Shown: positions 32,420 to 41,950 of the stretch, piece by piece | How the letters are laid out: each line of letters opens with the position of its first letter | Position numbering within the stretch: position 1 is the stretch's first letter | DNA from: a virus | DNA: 64,000 nucleotides | Virus record (IMG/VR): IMGVR_UViG_3300034069_000930 | Span: 1-64,000 of that record | Direction: 5' to 3' (one strand) | The notes under the pieces: generated by a model | Seen by the model: the letters and a program-made list of their open reading frames with translations, nothing else | Database searches by the model: none | What the model was told of the DNA's origin: nothing | Translations under genes and position numbers: made by a program

Positions 32420-32772
32420 GAGGCGAGAAACCCGTCGAGATAGAGAGCGACGGCCGCGGCCGAAGCCGTGTCGCCGAAGATGAGGTGCGCCGTCGTTCCC
32501 ATGCCGTCGAAGGTCGGGGAGGATCCCACAGCGTCGGTCACGACGAGCATTTCGCCGCCGAGGCCAAGGTAGGCGAGCTGCGCCAAGAGGTCGGCTCCGG
32601 TCACGAGCGGCAGGCCGCAGGCGATCGGGTTGCCCGTCGTGTCGGACACGTCCATGAACCACCCCGCATCTTCGGCGTCGGCATAGGCCAGCCGCAGAAA
32701 GTAGGTCTGCCCTGCGAGGGCGATCGACATCGTCCTCTGGCTCGGCCCGGTCGGGATCTCGACGAGCGCCAT
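32416..32772 (-). CDS. baseplate plug-like protein
   Basis: 118 aa. QTYFLRLAYADAEDAGWFMDV..GNPIACGLPLVTGADLL resembles the plug proteins seen beside Dit-like genes (from memory). Confidence 0.45.
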   Translation of the reverse strand: MALVEIPTGPSQRTMSIALAGQTYFLRLAYADAEDAGWFMDVSDTTGNPIACGLPLVTGADLLAQLAYLGLGGEMLVVTDAVGSSPTFDGMGTTAHLIFGDTASAAAVALYLDGFLAS

Positions 32773-33419
32773 CAGGCCGAGCCGGCCGCGTAGCTGTTGG
32801 CGGGGGTCGTCACCGGCGTCTGGTAGGACGCGATCGTGGCGGCCTGTGCAGAAGCGGCCGTCTCACTCTCGGTGCCGCTCGAACCGGAGATCGACTTCGG
32901 CGTCTGCTGACCCATGGGGGTCTCGCCTCCCGTCGCCTGCGGGCTGGCCTGAGCCGCCATGGTCCCGCCGACCGTGGCCGTGTTGGAGATGATGACCTGC
33001 TGCAGCCGAACCCGCAGGAACAGCGCGTTCTCGCTCGTCTCGTCCGTGGTCGGCGTGATGTTGCCGAACAGCATGGACGAGAGCATGCGCTTGCCGGTGT
33101 AGACGTCGAAGGGCTGGCGGGTGTCTCGCAGGGCCAGGATGGCTTGGTAGACGTCTTGGACGTAGCCCGGGTACTGCCCCGTGCTGTCGCTCCACCCCAC
33201 CAGCATGTCGCAAACGATCGGATTGGCGAAGACGTGATCCGAGATCGGGGCGCCATTCTGGACGGGATGGACCGTTATCGTGTTCTCGTCGGAGATCGTC
33301 TCCTGAACCGTGACGTTCGGGATGATGCCACCAATGGAGCGACCGGTCGGGGCAAGCAGGACATAGGGTCCGGCGATGTCACCGATGAGGTCGGTGGCAG
33401 CAGCGAGCAGATCCACCAT
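32772..33419 (-). CDS. Dit-like baseplate/distal tail protein
   Basis: 215 aa. PNVTVQETISDENTITVHPVQNGAPISDHV matches the N-terminal signature of that family. Confidence 0.55.
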   Translation of the reverse strand: MVDLLAAATDLIGDIAGPYVLLAPTGRSIGGIIPNVTVQETISDENTITVHPVQNGAPISDHVFANPIVCDMLVGWSDSTGQYPGYVQDVYQAILALRDTRQPFDVYTGKRMLSSMLFGNITPTTDETSENALFLRVRLQQVIISNTATVGGTMAAQASPQATGGETPMGQQTPKSISGSSGTESETAASAQAATIASYQTPVTTPANSYAAGSA

Positions 33420-36316
33420 CAGGCCGTCATCACGCTCATGTTGCGCACAAGGTCGGCCTGCCCACGTCCAGCGGTGCGATGGGCGTCAGCCATGGCGGCG
33501 CCCGTGTCCGTGACACCGTGAATGTTGAAGACGGGGGCGTTGGTCATGGCGACGTGCCTCCGGCTCATGTCGATGCTGTGGCGGATGGAGCGACCAAGTG
33601 AGGAGTGCGGATCGACGCCCATCATCTGACCGCGATGGGTGCGCAGAACGGCTTGGGTAGCGGCGAGATGGGCATGAGCCTCGGCCTTTGCGGCATTGAG
33701 GCCGACCATCCGCTTTTCTGACGCCGCCTTGTCGGCGAGCAGCTTTTCCCGGCTCGCCCCAGCTTTGCCGATCTTGACTGCGGAATCGTCGGTGACTTCG
33801 ACCTTCACGGGCTTGTCGCCAGGGTCGACCATCGTCCTCGCGCGACCGCGCACCTCTGGACCCGGCTCAACGTGATCAAGGCCCATGCCGGACTTCGGCA
33901 GTGCCTTGTCGGCCAGCTTCCACGCGTCGGGGTGCGTCTTTGCAAACGCGTCCATGGTCGCCTGGTCAGCCTTGTCTTGATCGAGCCTCGCTTGAGAGGC
34001 GGGCTTCAGCTTCCATCCATCGTTGGTTCGGCGAAGCGCTGCGATGTAGTCGGCTTCAGTGGGACCGGATGACGTAGGCGCGGCGGCAGGGGCCGCCGGT
34101 GTTGCAGCTGAAGGGGAGCTTGTGGACGCGGGAGCAGCGCCGCTGCCGACGCCAGCCATCATGCGCCGATAGGACGAGGCAAAAGTTCCGTTACCGTCGG
34201 CATTGTCATGACCCTTCGACAGCGCGATAGCACCGCCGACGCCCTTGAGGTGAGCCGCTGCGAGCCAGCCAGCGATCTCGGATGGGCTCATACCGTCGCG
34301 GATGACCCCTGCAGCCTTTAGCTGGGCATAGTGTCGGTTCGTGTATTCTCCGAGCGCCTGATCCTGTACGCCACCCTTGTTGCCAAGCCAGTCGCCGAGG
34401 CTTGAGGCTCCGTTTTTGCCGAGCCAGTTTCCAGGGTTCTTCAACCCGGCATTTGTCGTGCCGGGGCGCACATACCCGTTTTCAGCCAGAGCCGAAGCTC
34501 CAAACTGCCAACGGCCAGCATACCCGCCCGGGTTCGTGCTGCCGTAGCGGTTGCCGCTCTCACGGTTTCCGAGGATCGAAGCGTACTGCTTCGACTGCGC
34601 TTCGGTCAGCCCATCGATATTCTTTCCATTGTAGGGCGCATCGGGCACTGGCGTGCCGTTGTAGCCGCCGCCGCTGCCTTTGCGTCCGTAGCGCAGATTG
34701 GGAGCGCCCCGTCCGATAGAGGCCCCGCCACCCGCATTGACAGAGCCGCCACCCATACCACCAGCGTCCGCCAGCTTTTTCACGCTATCTGCGGTCTGCA
34801 GGATGGCGTCCTTGACGCGGTGAGAGTCGGGATCGTCCGAGCCAAAGCCGAGCTTGCTCTTCATCCAGGACCAAACACCACCCTTGGTCGACGTCGCTTG
34901 ATCAACAGCACCGAGATCCCTTGCCGCCCCGGTGGGATCGGTCGACGTCGCCTGGTCGGCATTGCCGATCGCCTTGAGATCGCTGAAGACGCCGCCGAGG
35001 TTGAGAGAGGTAGCTTGGTCAATCTTGCCCAGAAACCCGAGGAGGGCCTTGATTGGGCCGACGACCTTGTCTTCAATCGCTGCACCGAAAGCGATGAACC
35101 TGCTCGTCGTTGTTTCAAGGGCGTTGGCGATGGCCACGAATTTGTTGGCAAGGACACCGATGTCCTGAAGCACTGCGTCCCAGTCGGCTCCCGCGAGCTT
35201 TTTCAGGCCGTCTTCGGCGAAACGGATCAACGCCGTTACGATCTGATCGACAGTTTTGACGATCTGATCGCCGTGTTCCTCAACCCACTTACCGAGTTTG
35301 TCCAACTCAGGCGTCAGGGTGACGAAGAGGCTCGTGCTGATCTTGGTGCGAATGGAGTCGGCCATCGCTTCCAAGCGACGCATCGACTGCTCGAACTTGG
35401 TGCCGCCCTCTGCAGCCGCGGCCGGATCGGCCCCAGTTTTGGCGTCGATGGCTTGGCGCTCAGCCTCCATCGCCCGCATGCGCGGGTCAATGGCCGTCTG
35501 AAATTCATCGCCATCTAGGCCAAGCGTTTCGCCATAGCGCTTAGCGGTGGCATAGCCGTACTGGCCGCCATTTTTCGCTTTTTTCGCAAGGGCCTCTCCG
35601 ATGTCGAGAGCAATCTGCTCTCTATCACGCGCGGAGCCATCCTTGTTGCGAACCGCTACACCCAAGGGCCTCAAGATTGAGGCGTATCCGGCCTCATTGT
35701 CCTTAAGCTTTTCGCCGATCGACGAAATGAAACGAGCCCCGGCGCCTTCCTGGCCGCCTAGTTGCCGACTGGCGAATTCATAAGCGTTCATGCGGCCAGC
35801 CGTCGTGCCGGCCCGTTGGCTCGCATAGTTCAGCCGTTCAAAACCTTTGGCGGCCCTGTCGGTCGCGTAGACGATGCCAAGCGCGGTCGCCTCAATCGCC
35901 CCGACCGCCTTCAATGCGAAAGACGCCATCCGAGTCGCTTGGATCTGAATTTCCTTGAGGGCAGCGGCGCGGCGCTCACGCGCCTTGTTCTCACGCTCCT
36001 GCTGAAGCTTTTCGTCGCGGTTTGCGGCATCCAGGCGGATTTTCGCCTCTCGCTTGGTGCGGTCTTCCTCCATCGAAACGAAGATTTTAGCGAGTGCGCC
36101 GATGATGCCGATCCGCTCGGCGGAAGCTTGCTTTTCAGCCAGAACCCGATCGGTCGCACCGCCTTCGGTCGCCTTCGTGATGGCGTCTTCGGTTTTGGTT
36201 GCGAGGTCGACGACCTTCTTCGCGCCGGCGGCGTCACCGACGAAGCCGAGTTCGACCATGAAGCTCTTGATCGGATCGTCAGCCAAGGACGTCAACTCCT
36301 GCCGGCTTGCCGTCAA
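33419..36316 (-). CDS. tape measure-like protein with lytic transglycosylase domain
   Basis: 965 aa, TTG start. Long helical Ala/Lys/Glu-rich N-terminal two-thirds. ILGNRESGNRYGSTNPGGYAGRWQFG fits an SLT-type catalytic ES...GxxQ motif. Confidence 0.75.
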   Translation of the reverse strand: MTASRQELTSLADDPIKSFMVELGFVGDAAGAKKVVDLATKTEDAITKATEGGATDRVLAEKQASAERIGIIGALAKIFVSMEEDRTKREAKIRLDAANRDEKLQQERENKARERRAAALKEIQIQATRMASFALKAVGAIEATALGIVYATDRAAKGFERLNYASQRAGTTAGRMNAYEFASRQLGGQEGAGARFISSIGEKLKDNEAGYASILRPLGVAVRNKDGSARDREQIALDIGEALAKKAKNGGQYGYATAKRYGETLGLDGDEFQTAIDPRMRAMEAERQAIDAKTGADPAAAAEGGTKFEQSMRRLEAMADSIRTKISTSLFVTLTPELDKLGKWVEEHGDQIVKTVDQIVTALIRFAEDGLKKLAGADWDAVLQDIGVLANKFVAIANALETTTSRFIAFGAAIEDKVVGPIKALLGFLGKIDQATSLNLGGVFSDLKAIGNADQATSTDPTGAARDLGAVDQATSTKGGVWSWMKSKLGFGSDDPDSHRVKDAILQTADSVKKLADAGGMGGGSVNAGGGASIGRGAPNLRYGRKGSGGGYNGTPVPDAPYNGKNIDGLTEAQSKQYASILGNRESGNRYGSTNPGGYAGRWQFGASALAENGYVRPGTTNAGLKNPGNWLGKNGASSLGDWLGNKGGVQDQALGEYTNRHYAQLKAAGVIRDGMSPSEIAGWLAAAHLKGVGGAIALSKGHDNADGNGTFASSYRRMMAGVGSGAAPASTSSPSAATPAAPAAAPTSSGPTEADYIAALRRTNDGWKLKPASQARLDQDKADQATMDAFAKTHPDAWKLADKALPKSGMGLDHVEPGPEVRGRARTMVDPGDKPVKVEVTDDSAVKIGKAGASREKLLADKAASEKRMVGLNAAKAEAHAHLAATQAVLRTHRGQMMGVDPHSSLGRSIRHSIDMSRRHVAMTNAPVFNIHGVTDTGAAMADAHRTAGRGQADLVRNMSVMTA

Positions 36317-36362
36317 GCCCTACTCGTGGTGATGTGCGCGCCCTCTGCTGTGAGGTGTCGCC

Positions 36363-36782
36363 GTGGTCGTCGTTCTGCTCGCCCCAATCCTGCTCGCCCT
36401 GCTGTTTACAGGTGCGTTACGGTTTCTGATCGTGACGTCTATGGCGCTAGGGGTCGTGGTTTCTGCGGCAGGATATGGTTACGCCGCAGCGCAACAAATA
36501 CCGCAGTGGGACGTAGATGGTATCTGTCGTAAGCAGATTGGCCCTAGTGCGGATGGATTACAGAACCGCATTAATCTCAATGAATGTATCGATAACGAGC
36601 AGTCATCATACGAATTTTTGAAAACGACTTGGTCTGTCGCTACCGAAGAAATACAATCACGTTGTGTTGCGCTACAAAATAACAGCCCTATCAAGAAATA
36701 CGCCCAACTGGCAACCTGTGTCGCGGCTTTGTCATCGACAAATGGAGATAACACGATCCCTCCATCTCGTTTTCATCGCTAG
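36363..36782 (+). CDS. opposite-strand moron: membrane/secreted 4-Cys protein
   Basis: 139 aa. GTG with GAGGTG 7 nt upstream (alternative ATG 36441). Two N-terminal hydrophobic segments, then a Cys-containing domain. The 3' two-thirds is about 42-45% GC against about 63% in the flanks. Confidence 0.6.
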   Translation: MVVVLLAPILLALLFTGALRFLIVTSMALGVVVSAAGYGYAAAQQIPQWDVDGICRKQIGPSADGLQNRINLNECIDNEQSSYEFLKTTWSVATEEIQSRCVALQNNSPIKKYAQLATCVAALSSTNGDNTIPPSRFHR

Positions 36783-36798
36783 GTGTTAGGCAGGCATC

Positions 36799-37761
36799 TC
36801 AGTATCCACCTGCAGAAATCTGACCTTGATTGGGACTTGCCTCGGTCGCGAGTAGCGTCAAGGTCATCCACCACGGCTGACTTCGCGTATCGCCTTCGAT
36901 TTCTAGGAACACAACGCGATATATTCCATCGGCAGCGATCTGACCTGTGTTCTTCAGGTCGAGGTTTCTAGATGATGTCGCACCAAGCGGAGTGTTATCC
37001 TGCTCAGCGCCATTGATCTGAGACTCGTCGATCTTGACCTGCGTATGGACCTTGATCGCCGGGTTGATGAGGCAGCGAGCAACGATCCCGTTCTCGGTCT
37101 GCTGCGGCCATCCGATGAGGCCGGTGTCTGAGTTCAACACCACCGGTCCATCGCTCTGGACTGGCTTGCTGTGATCAAGGATGTGGACCTGACCGCCGTT
37201 CATCGACCACACCGCGCCGGCCGACAGAGCGACCTCGCGCAGGATGTCCCTGGCCATACCGACGATAGCACGGCCGCGAGGGCGGGCGGGCTGTGACAGG
37301 TCGACGTTGACGAGCCCGAGCCCTGTGATGCCATGCGCCTTCATGGCGTCGAGGGCGAGGTTGACCTTGTCCTGCGGCTTCCATCCCGCAGCGAGCGCCT
37401 TGTTGACGTGTGACATCTGGTAGGCGTTGCCGCCCTCAGCGCAGAAGATGTCCATGCGCGCGGTGACGTTGTCTTCCTCGTGAATATAAAGCGATTGCTT
37501 CACGTCCGCTGAGTAGATCAGCGCGATGTTATCCTCGTATGCAGCTTCGAGCGTGAGGGTCTTAAACTCTTGATTTTTGAAGGCCGCGATGGTCTGCGGG
37601 TTCGGGTTGAAAACCGACACGCGGCCAGGGTTAGGCGACTGGATCGTGCTGGCGCCGACTGTGAACGCGATCCTAAGATCCCCCTCCGCTCCGCCGGGGA
37701 TAGAAAGACTCGACGACCCTGACAGCGACACGAGGCACTTGCGACCGAAATTGCGGCTCAT
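36799..37761 (-). CDS. baseplate hub-like protein
   Basis: 320 aa. ATGA-coupled downstream of the spike gene. The call rests on position only. Confidence 0.45.
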   Translation of the reverse strand: MSRNFGRKCLVSLSGSSSLSIPGGAEGDLRIAFTVGASTIQSPNPGRVSVFNPNPQTIAAFKNQEFKTLTLEAAYEDNIALIYSADVKQSLYIHEEDNVTARMDIFCAEGGNAYQMSHVNKALAAGWKPQDKVNLALDAMKAHGITGLGLVNVDLSQPARPRGRAIVGMARDILREVALSAGAVWSMNGGQVHILDHSKPVQSDGPVVLNSDTGLIGWPQQTENGIVARCLINPAIKVHTQVKIDESQINGAEQDNTPLGATSSRNLDLKNTGQIAADGIYRVVFLEIEGDTRSQPWWMTLTLLATEASPNQGQISAGGY

Positions 37762-38879
37762 GCGACCCGGACCATCAACGTGCTGCCGTTGCGGTAAAGA
37801 TGGCCGATCGCGACGGGAGGGATCAGCGCCGCCGCCGCGCTGTCATTGGCGGCATTGGGAAGGAGGTTGGCGTTCGCCACGTTGAGGACACTGACAACCG
37901 TTGGGTTCGGCAGATTGCCGCCTAGATCGCCGACGAGGGCCCCCACGTTCTGGGCAGCAGCACCGGCGGCCAGCGATGCCGAGGAGACGCCGCCGGATGG
38001 AAGTTCCAAGCCACCGGGAGGGACATCGAACGAAATGGCGGTGGCGCTTTGGAGCATCACACCACCCATTGTGGCCGTGACTGAGTGCTTACCGTCTGCC
38101 GCCGATATCAGGCCGCCGAGGGCAGGGTGCGCAAGAGCTTGGATCAGGCCGGACGGCGCCATGGCTTTCATCCAAGCGCCGATGCCGTGGTCAACGCCGT
38201 GACTGTGTTCGATGCCCCCATCGACCGCGCGGGCCATCGCTCCTGCTAAGGCCTGAGCGATGTGCTCAATAAATTTTGTGGCCTGCGTATGCGGGTCGAA
38301 ATTCTCGGATGCGGGGGGTGTTGAGGGATCGACCGACTTGTGGCTGATTCCTTTGTCGGGGTGCATTTCGCTGACATGATGCTTGTCGTCCGACCGGACG
38401 TGGTGCGCCTCTGTCGAAACCTGCTGCAGCTTCCGTGGATCCGAGCGGACACCGGGTATGTGGATCGCGTTGCCGGCATTGTTGATGCCGTTGTCCATCG
38501 GCTGCTGCGTGCCGCCGGACTGCCTCCAGGCGTCGAAATCCCGCGCTGCGTGAAGGATGATGCCCTCATCGCCCTTCGCCACGGGGTGGGTCGCGGTCAC
38601 GCCACCGCCGCCAGCGAAATGTATCGGCGTGTCGATGTAGCTGCAATGATCTTCGTATGTCACCTCACCGGTGACGGGATCCTGCTTTCGCAGCTTCGTG
38701 ACAGGGAGAAGGGTGGCGCTGTGGCCGTCCGCGCTCGTTTCCGTGACCTGCACGGGCGTCGCGGTAAAAGTGCTCGCGGCTTGAGCACCGTGCGCGAGGC
38801 GGACAGCTTCTTCGCTGAGGAGGTCAAAGCGCTCGCGCTGCCAAGGCGAGACGCCGTAGATTTCACGAACGTCGAGCAT
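37758..38879 (-). CDS. central spike protein (Gp138 N-terminal-like)
   Basis: 373 aa. IDTPIHFAGGGGVTATHPVAKGDEGIILHAARDFDAWRQSGG fits the OB-fold spike N-domain pattern. A His-rich segment follows (HHVRSDDKHHVSEMH...EHSHGVDHG). Confidence 0.6.
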   Translation of the reverse strand: MLDVREIYGVSPWQRERFDLLSEEAVRLAHGAQAASTFTATPVQVTETSADGHSATLLPVTKLRKQDPVTGEVTYEDHCSYIDTPIHFAGGGGVTATHPVAKGDEGIILHAARDFDAWRQSGGTQQPMDNGINNAGNAIHIPGVRSDPRKLQQVSTEAHHVRSDDKHHVSEMHPDKGISHKSVDPSTPPASENFDPHTQATKFIEHIAQALAGAMARAVDGGIEHSHGVDHGIGAWMKAMAPSGLIQALAHPALGGLISAADGKHSVTATMGGVMLQSATAISFDVPPGGLELPSGGVSSASLAAGAAAQNVGALVGDLGGNLPNPTVVSVLNVANANLLPNAANDSAAAALIPPVAIGHLYRNGSTLMVRVA

Positions 38880-39446
38880 TCAGCGCTTCCGCTCCGCCGC
38901 AGCCATCGCTCGGGTCTCGTTTTCCGCACGCACGTCGAGCAGGTCATTTGCCTTTGCGACGTGAAAAAGCGTGGCGCGGCCGTTGAAGATGTCGAGGTAA
39001 TCGATCAGCGGAGGTTCAGCCTCGCAAGGCCGAAACAGCCACGACTCGCCTTCCGGCATCGACACCGGCTGCCACATCAGCTTCGGGGAGACGGTCGGCT
39101 TGAACTGGGGTTGGGTTCTGTCGAGGAAGGCCGCAAAATTCGCCTCCACGACGGCCAGCATGATGACGACCATGTCGGGAAGCGGTATGGCTTTCGTAGC
39201 GGGCAACCAAACGTCGCCATCCTGGCGCTCCGCAGCGCCGGCCGCTGCATCAAAGGCAGCCCGAAGCGCCTCTGGCGGGACGCCGCGTAGAGCAGCCGCT
39301 ATGATCCCGTCGTCAATCTCACCAGAGCCTAAATCAAGCGCAGAGGCGGCCGGCAGAACGGGCGAGATCATCCGGTAAAGGTGGAATTGCTCATAGGCGT
39401 TCAGCGTGCGGGTGCGATGGGGGTGGTCGCCCGCCTCAAACAGCAT
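38880..39446 (-). CDS. tail assembly protein (second chaperone-position gene)
   Basis: 188 aa. Own ATG, 11-nt overlap with the upstream gene. Confidence 0.45.
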   Translation of the reverse strand: MLFEAGDHPHRTRTLNAYEQFHLYRMISPVLPAASALDLGSGEIDDGIIAAALRGVPPEALRAAFDAAAGAAERQDGDVWLPATKAIPLPDMVVIMLAVVEANFAAFLDRTQPQFKPTVSPKLMWQPVSMPEGESWLFRPCEAEPPLIDYLDIFNGRATLFHVAKANDLLDVRAENETRAMAAAERKR

Positions 39447-39918
39447 CGCTCGACGTGTCGCCCATCAGGTCTTTGACATCCACGCCCATGTTAGTCAGCA
39501 GCGGCCCGAAGTTGATGAAGACGACGCGAAGCGTGATCTTCAGCTTCGCGATCCAGGTGCCGTTGTCGACCATATTCGAGATCGAACCGGCGCGGGTCAT
39601 CACAGGATGGGGCTTACCGTCCACGATCTGGTCCGCAGATTGGAGGCAAGCCGAGATGACGACCTTTGCATCACCGGATCGGTCGAGCGCGGCCAGTCGA
39701 TCCGCTGTGGCATTGGATGCGGCGGCGAGATCAGCGAGCAGGTTGAGCGGGTCGGGTTGCTCGGCCGCTTTGTGCCGCTGCCTCGCCCCGAGGAGCGATG
39801 GCCCCGACGCAGCCAGGGCCGCGAAGACCGGCGACAGCCGCAACAGCAATTCAATATGCACGTCGGAGTCAAAAGGCCGCGCGCGGTACTGCCTGCCGTC
39901 GATCTCAAATGGGGTCAT
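39436..39918 (-). CDS. tail assembly chaperone-position protein
   Basis: 160 aa, directly after the tube gene. Confidence 0.5.
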   Translation of the reverse strand: MTPFEIDGRQYRARPFDSDVHIELLLRLSPVFAALAASGPSLLGARQRHKAAEQPDPLNLLADLAAASNATADRLAALDRSGDAKVVISACLQSADQIVDGKPHPVMTRAGSISNMVDNGTWIAKLKITLRVVFINFGPLLTNMGVDVKDLMGDTSSDAV

Positions 39919-39922
39919 GGGT

Positions 39923-40399
39923 TCAGTTCGTCACGAGGCGATCAGTGCCGGCGCCGAGCTTCGGGGTGATGCGGCCGACGTCGAAAACCCATTCTTGCAC
40001 ATTGCCGACCACGGCGTACTGCCCGGATGCATGATTCCCGAAAGCGCAGCCCGAGCATGTCCATGTGTCGCCGCGTGCCGCATCCGTGACCTGCCATGTC
40101 ATCAGGCCGTGATTGGCGGCGGAGCTGGTCTGGTAGGTCCAGTTATCGGACAGCGTCTTGTTGAACGAGGACGTCTTCAGCAGGCGCAGGATCAACCGCC
40201 CTGGCTGGCCAACGCGAAGCGAATGCATCACGTCGCCATTGGCGCCGACAGTCATCGTGTTCTTGTTGCCCTCGAACTCAATGGTGAAGCCTTCCTCGGC
40301 CTCGCCGGCCGCGAAGGCATTGAGATTGTTCGGGCCTGCCACCGCGAAGGTGACGTCCTCGAAGCAGTAGGCGGCGACCTCATACGGACGATTGGACAT
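39923..40399 (-). CDS. tail tube protein (DUF3277-like)
   Basis: 158 aa, immediately downstream of the sheath gene. Size and pattern typical of the family. Family name from memory. Confidence 0.65.
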   Translation of the reverse strand: MSNRPYEVAAYCFEDVTFAVAGPNNLNAFAAGEAEEGFTIEFEGNKNTMTVGANGDVMHSLRVGQPGRLILRLLKTSSFNKTLSDNWTYQTSSAANHGLMTWQVTDAARGDTWTCSGCAFGNHASGQYAVVGNVQEWVFDVGRITPKLGAGTDRLVTN

Positions 40400-40411
40400 G
40401 GTCGCTCAGCC

Positions 40412-41950
40412 TTACGGGTTCACGTTGACGATGATGCTGGCGCTGTGAACCGCACCGGCTTCCTTGAGTGCGATCTGAAACACAACGGACTTGCGCGCTT
40501 GGCGATCGGCCTGCGTCTGCAGCGCCACCTTCGGAACGAAGATGTAGAACCCGCCGGGGCACACGTCCCCAGGGTTCAGCGTGCCGACGGGCGGACCGTT
40601 CCAGATGCCTTCGGCGATGTAGCCGTTGTTCACGGCCTGCTGGCAGCTCTGCGCCATCGCGGCGGCGAGCAGGCCCATGCCCTTGTCTGTCTGCGGCACC
40701 TTCGGCTGCGTGCGCAGCACGTTGCGGACGTTGACCTGAAGGAAGTTCGCGATCCAGTCGGCATTGATGCGCTGGTCGATGTAGTTCCCGTTGGCCATCG
40801 TCCCGTACTGGGTGTCGGCCGTTCCATCAATGTAGGTGGCGAAGACGTTGCAGTTTTTGGCCTGCAGGGCGTCCGCCTGGGATCCGACCAGGACCTCGGG
40901 GGAAACGCCCGGCTCCTGCTTGAACATTCCCGTGATGGTCGTGTTGTTGCCGCGAAAATCCACGGTGGCAAAACGAGCGAATAGCGAGGTCGCAGCGTAG
41001 GGCGAAGTCGACGAGAACTGCACGAACGACCGCGAAAACTGGCCGGACTGGAGCAGCGAAGCCAAGTCGTCGCTGCGAGTCGGGTCGAGCGCGTTCGTGT
41101 TCTGGGTCGTGAAGGCCGCGATGCGGCTCGTGGCTTCGATGTAGGCCGCAACCTGCACCGCGTCGCTGTCAGCGAGCGGCGCCGCAGGCGCGAACTCCAT
41201 GCAATAGAAGCCGCCTCGGTTGCCGACAGTCTGCGCCGCCGTCAGGGCCGTCTCAGCCGCGATGCCGGCGACAGGCACGCTGGCGCTGGAACCCGCACTG
41301 TTGGGCGTGACGCTGAGCCCGGTCAGGATTGAGATGTCGGTCGCTCCGCCGCCGCTCGCGGGCGAGGTCGCGTACGACACGCTGGAGGTCGCGCCGGTCG
41401 AGCCCGACGTCACGATGAAGCGATAATAAACGCCGTCCCACAGGACGGTCGCCGTTTTGGCGCCGGATCCGTTCGCACCGGCCGCCTGGATGGCCCCCTG
41501 GATGACGCTCGCGGCCCCATTCAGGTTGGTGATGCCCGAAAAGTTGAGGTTGGTCAGAGGGTACGAGACGCCGTCGATCGACACCGTCATGGCGCCGTTC
41601 GACACGGTCGTAAAGTTGGTGACGAGGCGCTGCGCCGGGGTGAGGATCGCGCCCTTCAGCCGCCCGTAGGTCGCCGTCTGCGCCCATCGGCCGATGTTGA
41701 CAAAGGCCGGGCGCGGGCTCTGGCTGAAGTGGATCTGCGCCGCCAGGAACTCCGGGGCTGCAGTTCCGAAGTCGTTGGCGACCGCGTTGATCCCGTAATA
41801 GGTCCGCACCCGCTCCGCGACATCGATGACGCCGGGCGTAGACCCCAGGATGACGCCAGAGCCGAAGTTCGTGTACCCGCCGAGGACCGCCGTGAGGGAG
41901 ATCGAGACGGACACGACCCTCGAAAGATCAAGACCTTGAGCCATGCTCAT
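40412..41950 (-). CDS. tail sheath protein (DUF3383-like)
   Basis: 512 aa. The N-terminus LDLSRVVSVSISLTAVLGGYTNFG is typical of this sheath family (from memory). Confidence 0.7.
   Translation of the reverse strand: MSMAQGLDLSRVVSVSISLTAVLGGYTNFGSGVILGSTPGVIDVAERVRTYYGINAVANDFGTAAPEFLAAQIHFSQSPRPAFVNIGRWAQTATYGRLKGAILTPAQRLVTNFTTVSNGAMTVSIDGVSYPLTNLNFSGITNLNGAASVIQGAIQAAGANGSGAKTATVLWDGVYYRFIVTSGSTGATSSVSYATSPASGGGATDISILTGLSVTPNSAGSSASVPVAGIAAETALTAAQTVGNRGGFYCMEFAPAAPLADSDAVQVAAYIEATSRIAAFTTQNTNALDPTRSDDLASLLQSGQFSRSFVQFSSTSPYAATSLFARFATVDFRGNNTTITGMFKQEPGVSPEVLVGSQADALQAKNCNVFATYIDGTADTQYGTMANGNYIDQRINADWIANFLQVNVRNVLRTQPKVPQTDKGMGLLAAAMAQSCQQAVNNGYIAEGIWNGPPVGTLNPGDVCPGGFYIFVPKVALQTQADRQARKSVVFQIALKEAGAVHSASIIVNVNP

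Noticed and set aside
38880-39918. Programmed -1 frameshift (G/GT type) between the two chaperone-position genes.
   Set aside because: The second ORF is in the +1 frame, has its own ATG, and its frame is closed by a TGA just 18 nt upstream of that ATG. No slippery heptamer is visible in the 11-nt overlap.
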